Positions 58,241 to 64,000 of a stretch of DNA of 64,000 bases are shown piece by piece. Numbering within the stretch: the first letter of the stretch is position 1; each line of letters starts with the position of its first letter. Below the pieces are notes generated by a model. The model made no database searches. It was not told the DNA's origin and worked only from the letters and a program-made list of their open reading frames with translations. A program made the translations under genes and the position numbers. This DNA comes from an uncultured delta proteobacterium (GTDB taxonomy: Bacteria; Desulfobacterota; Zymogenia; Zymogenales; Zymogenaceae), in assembly GCA_963792965.1 (NCBI GenBank), contig CAWBYW010000030.1, positions 1 to 64,000 of the forward strand, given 5' to 3'.

Positions 58241-60802
58241 TCATTTCATGGGCCCGGCGGTCGATTCCTTGACGACGCGAAACGACTTGGCCTCCTGCTC
58301 GGACACGCCCAACACCGCCGAGACGACCCGGTAGGGGCTGGGCGAGGAGCCGCCGATCTTTTTCATAACGAGCCGTATCGTCTTATCCTCCGGCCGGTAC
58401 TCCAGCGCCTCCACGAATGGGCGCACGTTGATCTTTTTGGCTCGGCCGTTGACGCTCCCCAAAAACCAGCGCTCCGAGCTCTCCATGAAGGACGAGATGG
58501 ACGACGCCGGATCGAGTGCGGCATATCCGTTTTCGGCAACGACGATCTCGTATACGGGGCAAAGCGCCCTGTCCGATATCTTTCCCGGGCAGTCACCGGG
58601 AGCAAGGATCGACCGGATCTCCATGCCCTGGGGCAGCGTGGCGTTGAGGGCCTCCGCAAGTGCCGTCGTGTCCACCTCGCGCGAGAGCTCGGCGACAAAG
58701 GGCTCGCCGTCGGCCTCCACGCCCACCGCCAACGCCTCCGCAAAGCTGATGCGCGGCTTGGGGTGAAACCCCTCCGTGAAGTTGACCGGTGCGCCCACCC
58801 GCGTCAGCGCCCGGCTCACCAGCGACGCGATCTCGAGGTGGGATATGAAACAGGCCGGCCCGGTCCGGCGGTAGAAAAAGACATACGCGAGCCGGGGATT
58901 CGGCTCGGCCGGAGTATCGTCATCAGGCGCCGGCCGGCCGCCTTGTCCCATCACGGTCGGATCGACCTTTGCCCGGACGTTACGGACTGCCCCCGCACAG
59001 ACCCCGCAGTTGGTGCATGCGTCCGTCATGCAGTTTTCCGTGGGGACGGCCCCGTACGCCCGGGCGCGCTCGCCGGTAAGGTACGACTTCTTCACCCCCG
59101 TCTCGATATGGTCCCAGGGCAGCGCGTCGTCTTCGGAATACGCGCGCTCGGCGCAGTCTCTCATCGAGAGGCCCGCCTCGGCGAACGCGCGCTCCCAGAG
59201 GTCAAACCGAAAATATTCCGTCCACCCGTCGAACGCACAGCCGAGCTCGCAGGCGCGCGTTATCACGCCCAACAACCTGCGGTCCCCGCGGGAAAAGACG
59301 GCCTCAAGCAGGCTCGTCCGCGGGTCGTGAAACCTGACGCTGACGCGCCCCGAGCGCACCCCCCGCTTGATTCGATCCTGGCGCCTCTTCATCTCGGCGG
59401 TGGAGATGGTCGCCTCCCATTGAAAGGGCGTATGCGGCTTTGGGGTAAAGGTCGAGACGCTCACGTTTATGCCGCCCTTTCCCGTTTTCGGAAGGCTTCT
59501 CTCCACCTTCTGGATCAGCGAAATGATTCCGTCCAGGTCTTCATCGGTTTCGGTGGGCAGGCCGATCATGAAGTAGAGCTTAATGAGCCGCCACCCCGCA
59601 CGAAATACCCGCCCCACCGTCGCCTCGATTTCCGCCTCGGTGATGTTCTTGTTGATCACCGCGCGCAGGCGCGCGCTTCCGGCCTCGGGGGCGACGGTGA
59701 AGCCCGTCTTTCTGACCTTCTGAATCTCGGCGATCATCGAGTCCGACAGGGTATCTACCCTGAGCGACGGCACCGAGAGCGCGACCCGCTTTTGCTCGAG
59801 GCTCTCCATCAGGCGCGCTGTGAGGGAAGAAATCGCCGAGTAGTCCCCCGAAGAAAGGGAGAGCAGCGACACCTCCTCCATCCCCGTTGTGCTCAGCTGC
59901 TCCTCGACGAGCCGGCAGATCGTTTCCTGATCGCGCTCCCGGACGGGCCGGTAGACGAACCCCGCCTGACAGAAGCGGCACCCCCGGGCGCATCCCCGGG
60001 CGATCTCGACGCTGACCCGATCGTGGACCGCCTTCGTGTGGGGGACCGGGGGGGCCGTGGGATACGGGGCCCGGTTCAGGTCGGAAACGATGCGCTTTTT
60101 CACCGTCACCGGACCACCCTTCGGGCGCTCCACCCCCGAAAAAGAGCCCCCCACGTAGCGCGCCTCATAGAGACGAGGCACATAGACCCCGGGGATGACG
60201 GCCAGCCGGTCCAGCAGCTTCTCTCGCGGAGCCCCCCGGAGATCTCTATATGCCTCGATGATATCGACGACGGCCTCTTCCCCGTCCCCGACGACGATCG
60301 CGTCGAATATCTCGGCGACGGGCTCGGGGTTGAAGGCGCACGACCCGCCGGCGATGACGAGCGGATGGCCCTCGTTGCGCTGGGCCGACAAAAGGGGGAT
60401 ACGGGCCAGCCCGAGCATATTGACGACGTTGGTGTAGGTAAGCTCGTACATCAGCGAGAAGCCGATGATGTCAAACCCCGCGAGCGGGCTTTTGGTCTCC
60501 AGCGAAAAAAGCGGCAGGCCGGCCTTCCTCATCTCGGCTTCCATGTCGGGCCAAACCGCAAACGCCCGCTCCGCGAAGACCCCGTCCATGGAGTTGAGGA
60601 TCCACAGCAGGATCGCCATCCCCTGGTGGCTCATCCCGATCTCGTAGACCTCGGGGAACGCCAAGCAGACGCGGATATCCGCAGGCGCAGGCTCCCCCCT
60701 GGGCGCGTTGACCTCCCCGCCGATGTAGCGGCCCGGCTTGGACACCCTCGGCAGGGCCTTGGTCAGGAATGTCTTTATATCTGGGTCTTTTTTATGTGTC
60801 AT
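58241..60802 (-). CDS. TIGR03960-type radical SAM protein fused to a TIGR03936/DUF2344 domain
   Basis: KPGRYIGGE, FPEVYEIGMSH, RGCARGCRFCQAG (CX3CX2C), APEAG, KLYFMIGLPTE, PKPHTPFQW, CMTDACTNCGVC, then FISHLE...FTEGFHPKPRISF. Confidence 0.9.
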   Translation of the reverse strand: MTHKKDPDIKTFLTKALPRVSKPGRYIGGEVNAPRGEPAPADIRVCLAFPEVYEIGMSHQGMAILLWILNSMDGVFAERAFAVWPDMEAEMRKAGLPLFSLETKSPLAGFDIIGFSLMYELTYTNVVNMLGLARIPLLSAQRNEGHPLVIAGGSCAFNPEPVAEIFDAIVVGDGEEAVVDIIEAYRDLRGAPREKLLDRLAVIPGVYVPRLYEARYVGGSFSGVERPKGGPVTVKKRIVSDLNRAPYPTAPPVPHTKAVHDRVSVEIARGCARGCRFCQAGFVYRPVRERDQETICRLVEEQLSTTGMEEVSLLSLSSGDYSAISSLTARLMESLEQKRVALSVPSLRVDTLSDSMIAEIQKVRKTGFTVAPEAGSARLRAVINKNITEAEIEATVGRVFRAGWRLIKLYFMIGLPTETDEDLDGIISLIQKVERSLPKTGKGGINVSVSTFTPKPHTPFQWEATISTAEMKRRQDRIKRGVRSGRVSVRFHDPRTSLLEAVFSRGDRRLLGVITRACELGCAFDGWTEYFRFDLWERAFAEAGLSMRDCAERAYSEDDALPWDHIETGVKKSYLTGERARAYGAVPTENCMTDACTNCGVCAGAVRNVRAKVDPTVMGQGGRPAPDDDTPAEPNPRLAYVFFYRRTGPACFISHLEIASLVSRALTRVGAPVNFTEGFHPKPRISFAEALAVGVEADGEPFVAELSREVDTTALAEALNATLPQGMEIRSILAPGDCPGKISDRALCPVYEIVVAENGYAALDPASSISSFMESSERWFLGSVNGRAKKINVRPFVEALEYRPEDKTIRLVMKKIGGSSPSPYRVVSAVLGVSEQEAKSFRVVKESTAGPMK

Positions 60803-61067
60803 CGCAATTCAGGACCTAGCCCCCGGCTGCCCCCTCGTTGATTATGGATGAATGATACGGGATGCTCCATAGTGTGCTTACCTAAGCGAAGCGCAACGCG
60901 CCCATGCCGTGTACGGCGTTCTCTCATCCAGTACTCCCGATCCCATAAGAAGAAGCGGCAATTGTCGGGAAAACAGCGGCAGTCGGCGGGCGGGGTCGTC
61001 TTCTTTTCTCCTGCCCGAGAGAAGTGACCTCGGTGAATCTAAGGAAACCCATTATTCACCGATAAGG

Positions 61068-61096
61068 AATTTACCACAGACGGGCAATAAAGTCAA
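61068..61096 (-). promoter_or_regulatory. Putative sigma-70 promoter about 260 nt upstream of the radical SAM gene
   Basis: Minus strand TTGACT-N17-TAAATT. Confidence 0.5.
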
Positions 61097-61173
61097 CGAG
61101 CCGCGCCGCATAATCGAATTGCCCTCAGGATATCGAGATGATATACTGCGCCTTATTTTACCGGGTGTTAGCC

Positions 61174-61760
61174 ATGAAACACGGCAGCCGGACCACGAGG
61201 TCGCGCGTATTTCTATTTTCATTCGCTTCTCTCCTCATTGCGCTCTCCATCATCTCAGTCCTTCTTATCCAGCCCGCGAGAGGGGCCGAAGGGACCGACG
61301 CCGGAGAACGGGTCACCGATAGACTCGCGGTTGCCTCATTCGCTCCACCGAAAGGGTGGGTCGCGTGGGATTTCTGGGGACGGCGGCCTTCTCCCCGACG
61401 ACCGATCACGAGCCCCGTCTCACGTTAGTCGTTTCCCCCCGCACGGGTGGAGACGCACGGGATATCGAATCGCTCATGAAGAGCCTCTCGGCTACCTTCT
61501 CAACGGAAAACTACACGCTCATCACCAAGGAGTACCTCTTAACAGGCGGGTATCCGGGGGTCAGGGTGTTGGCCCAGGGCACCGACAAGAACAAGCTCTT
61601 CGACCACGATTACATCTGGATCCAGGAATATTGGACGAGCGCCCACAGGATCACCCTCACGCTTATCGCCGATAAGGATTCCTTTAAGACCTACGAGAAG
61701 GTGGTGCTCGAGTCTTTCAGATCTCTCATCATTACCGAGCGCGCGCCGGATGAGCGGTAG
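61174..61760 (+). CDS. Hypothetical exported protein (possibly PsbP/DcrB-like); frameshift near 61373
   Basis: Signal/TM then SFAPPKGW in ORF 61138..61428; continues in ORF 61356..61760, ending YEKVVLESFRSL and overlapping the next gene. Confidence 0.55.
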
Positions 61761-62250
61761 CCGCATGGAGACCCGGCGATTGATATACACGATCGGCCAC
61801 GGCAACCACCCGCTGGACCGTTTCCTGGGCCTCTTATCGGATGCAGGGATCGAGCTGGTGGTCGACGTGCGGAGCTTCCCCGCTTCCCGGTACCTCCCGC
61901 ACTTCAACAGGAAGGCCCTCCAAGAGACTCTTATAGCCTCGGGGATAGACTATCATTACCTCGGCGACCTCCTCGGGGGCAGGCCCCCGGGCTTCGGAAA
62001 GGAGCGTCCGCTCACCTACGAGGACGCCGTAAAGAGGGAGGGATTCCGGGAAGGATTAGCGCAGCTTATCGAGCTTTCGAGCCGGAAGCGCTGCGCCGTC
62101 ATGTGCGCGGAGCAAGATCCGAACCGCTGCCACCGGCGGCACATCATCACCCGGGCATTGGTCCGACCGGGCATCAGTGTGATGCATATCCTCGGAGACG
62201 GGACGCTCGTACAGGAACGTGAATTCGGACTCCCGTTTGAAGATCGATGA
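61750..62250 (+). CDS. DUF488 domain protein
   Basis: IYTIGHG, VDVRSFPAS, LGG, MCAEQDPNRCHRRHI. Confidence 0.9.
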   Translation: MSGSRMETRRLIYTIGHGNHPLDRFLGLLSDAGIELVVDVRSFPASRYLPHFNRKALQETLIASGIDYHYLGDLLGGRPPGFGKERPLTYEDAVKREGFREGLAQLIELSSRKRCAVMCAEQDPNRCHRRHIITRALVRPGISVMHILGDGTLVQEREFGLPFEDR

Positions 62251-62255
62251 TTCTT

Positions 62256-63212
62256 CTACTCTTCCTGATCTAAGATGTCCGTGTTCTCTTTCCGGGCAAG
62301 CGTCGCCTTATTATAGAAGCGGTAGAGGGCGGGGTTCATCGTCCGCATCAGCTTTCTGAGCTCCAGCATGTCGGCTCCCTTCAGGGATCTGAAGAGCGTC
62401 TCGTTTTCCACCATGATAAGGGCATAGTAAAAAACCCTCCCGGCTGTTTCTTCCGATTGTTCCTTCTGCAGCTCCGATCTCAAGCGGTTAAACTCCTTAA
62501 AGAAATTCATCAGCTCATCGGAATCGGGAAATGTCCTCGGGGGGAAGACCATGAGAACATGGCCGACACAAGCCGCCCACGCCCCGCCCATGCCTTCGGG
62601 AATATACGTACCAAGGATAAGCGCCTTTACGTCTTCGTCAAGGATTGCCTTCGTGTCGATCCCCGACCAGTCGGCCAGGATAGCCTGGGCGTAATACCGC
62701 CGTGCTTCCTCGAGCTCGCCCCGCGTCTCAAAGAGATCACCGAGGTAGCCCAGCAGGTGCGCCTTCTTCTTCGGGGGAACGGAGACTTGTGAGACCTCAC
62801 CGAGAAGTGATTCCTTGGCCTGGTCAAGGCGCCCCGCTTTGAAAAGCAGATACCCCGGGGGATAGCCGTATATCGGCTCGAGCTGCGTGTCTCCGAAGGC
62901 GTCAACAACCCGCCCATAGTAGGCCCGCTCAAGGTCCGGAAGATAGTCGGGCGTATACGAGAGCTCCTTCAACAGCTTCCTGAAGGCGGAGAATCGCCCG
63001 AAGAGGTGGGGCGGTTTCGCCTCCGGGGTAAGCGTTTCCTGGAGGAACTGCACGATCCGGGCCTCCCGGCGCACGAAGTCGTGATCGGGATAGTTCGCAA
63101 GGAGGATGTCGATCTTCGCCCGTGCGGTATCGAGATCAAGGACTGAGAGCACCCTCTGAACTTCCTTCAGCTTTCTGGTGGGGACGTCGAAAATGGTCAC
63201 GCTCTCGTCCAT
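62256..63212 (-). CDS. Hypothetical protein with TPR-like helices
   Basis: 318-aa ORF; GYLLFKAGRLDQAKE and LGDLFETRGELEEARRYYAQA; starts 2 nt after the repaired bioY stop. Confidence 0.7.
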   Translation of the reverse strand: MDESVTIFDVPTRKLKEVQRVLSVLDLDTARAKIDILLANYPDHDFVRREARIVQFLQETLTPEAKPPHLFGRFSAFRKLLKELSYTPDYLPDLERAYYGRVVDAFGDTQLEPIYGYPPGYLLFKAGRLDQAKESLLGEVSQVSVPPKKKAHLLGYLGDLFETRGELEEARRYYAQAILADWSGIDTKAILDEDVKALILGTYIPEGMGGAWAACVGHVLMVFPPRTFPDSDELMNFFKEFNRLRSELQKEQSEETAGRVFYYALIMVENETLFRSLKGADMLELRKLMRTMNPALYRFYNKATLARKENTDILDQEE

Positions 63213-63214
63213 TC

Positions 63215-63764
63215 CTATCCCTTTCCAACCGGGAGACCCAATCTCTCCCGCGCTGAGCCGAATATAAGAATCGCGAGCGCCGCCTTGACGATATCGCCGG
63301 GAAGGGTCACAAGAAAGCCGAGCTTGACGGCCGTCAAGAAGGAAATCTCCTTCTTAAGCAGGAGGTGGGTCGCCGCAAAGAGATACGGCACGCCGAAGAG
63401 GTAAACGACAAGGAGAGAGAAGAGAGACCCCTATGATGGGGAACAAATAGCCGCCCTTTCCGGAAAACCAACCCGAGACGGCCGCCGCGGGGATAAATCC
63501 GACGAGGTAACCAAAGGAGGGCGACAGTACATAGATAATTCCGCCGCCGCCCGCAAAAACGGGAAGCCCGATCAGCCCGAGCGTTACATAGAGGAGCTGC
63601 GAGAGCGCCCCCCCCGCGGGGCCGAGAAAAAGCCCCGACGAATAGACCAGGAGCGTCTGAAGCGTTACGGGGACAAGCGGGGTCTGGACCTGGATGAAGG
63701 CCCCCGCGGCCGTCAGGGCGGCAAAGAGAGGCACGAGGGTGAACATCGAGGGGCGTTGTTTCAT
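63215..63764 (-). CDS. bioY: Biotin transporter BioY; frameshift in a CT-rich run near 63420
   Basis: VPVTLQT, YVTLGLIGLPVFAGG, PSFGYLVGF; shifted frame VYLFGVPYL...LPGDIVK ending at TAG 63215. Confidence 0.9.
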
Positions 63765-64000
63765 GAGTAGTGCACCTTAACCAGATAGAGCCCGTGGGGC
63801 GGCGCCGTCATCCCCGCCCGATTTCGGTCACACGCCGTCAAGATATCGGAGAATTCAATCTCGGTTGTTCTCCCTCGTCCCACCCGGACGATCGTGCCGA
63901 TGATGGCGCGCACCATATGTCTCAGGAACGCGTTGGCGCCGATCTCGAACCGGATTATGTCGCCCGGGAGCCTGTCTACGCAAAAAGACGTTACCTCCCG
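63761..64000 (-). CDS. truA: tRNA pseudouridine(38-40) synthase TruA, 3' part only
   Basis: Manual translation: FEIGANAFLRHMVRAIIGT...AGMTAPPHGLYLVKVHYS*; the stop overlaps the bioY start (ATGA). Confidence 0.93.
   Translation of the reverse strand, partial: REVTSFCVDRLPGDIIRFEIGANAFLRHMVRAIIGTIVRVGRGRTTEIEFSDILTACDRNRAGMTAPPHGLYLVKVHYS

Noticed and set aside
58763-60841. 692-aa antisense ORF over the radical SAM gene, and similar long antisense ORFs (21484..22890, 44794..46563, 50792..52231, 56942..58213)
   Set aside because: No recognisable motifs or RBS; expected opposite well-supported genes in high-GC DNA.
60803-61062. Cobalamin or SAM riboswitch upstream of the radical SAM gene
   Set aside because: I could not find B12-box or SAM-I core motifs by eye; kept only as an unclassified leader.

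Overview
A GC-rich chromosomal window from a diderm (LPS-making) bacterium. Gene content suggests a Desulfobacterota/deltaproteobacterium-like organism (sigma-54 enhancer-binding protein, HrcA/CIRCE-controlled groESL, AddAB, radical SAM-rng synteny); the taxonomy is inference. 1-16.2 kb is a minus-strand LPS core/surface-glycan cluster: heptosyltransferase, GT2, three GT4s, DegT aminotransferase, two metallophosphoesterases, a tandem LPS kinase, an AsnB-like amidotransferase, two SDR epimerases and a WecA fusion. 16.4-35.6 kb holds comF, exported proteins, a TAXI receptor with a C45-like protein, two acyl-CoA ligases, CreD, a DSD1-family enzyme with a permease, trxA, CPBP, YhhN, rfaE2, an AsmA-like protein and DUF2520. 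35.7-40 kb is a signalling module: PAS kinase, sigma-54 activator, then a visible -24/-12 promoter with tandem enhancer-like sites driving REC-DUF4388-TPR and an orphan Roadblock protein. 40-64 kb holds an HDAC with an acyl-CoA ligase, addBA, asnS, a PpiC lipoprotein, groESL with a perfect CIRCE, rng, a radical SAM fusion, DUF488, bioY and partial truA. About nine genes, including groEL and asnS, carry frameshifts, most likely assembly indel errors. I saw no rRNA, tRNA, CRISPR array or transposase. The best candidates for something undescribed are the sigma-54/Roadblock circuit, the degenerate TAXI plus apparently dead Ntn-hydrolase pair, and a switch-like RNA leader that buries the creD ribosome-binding site.
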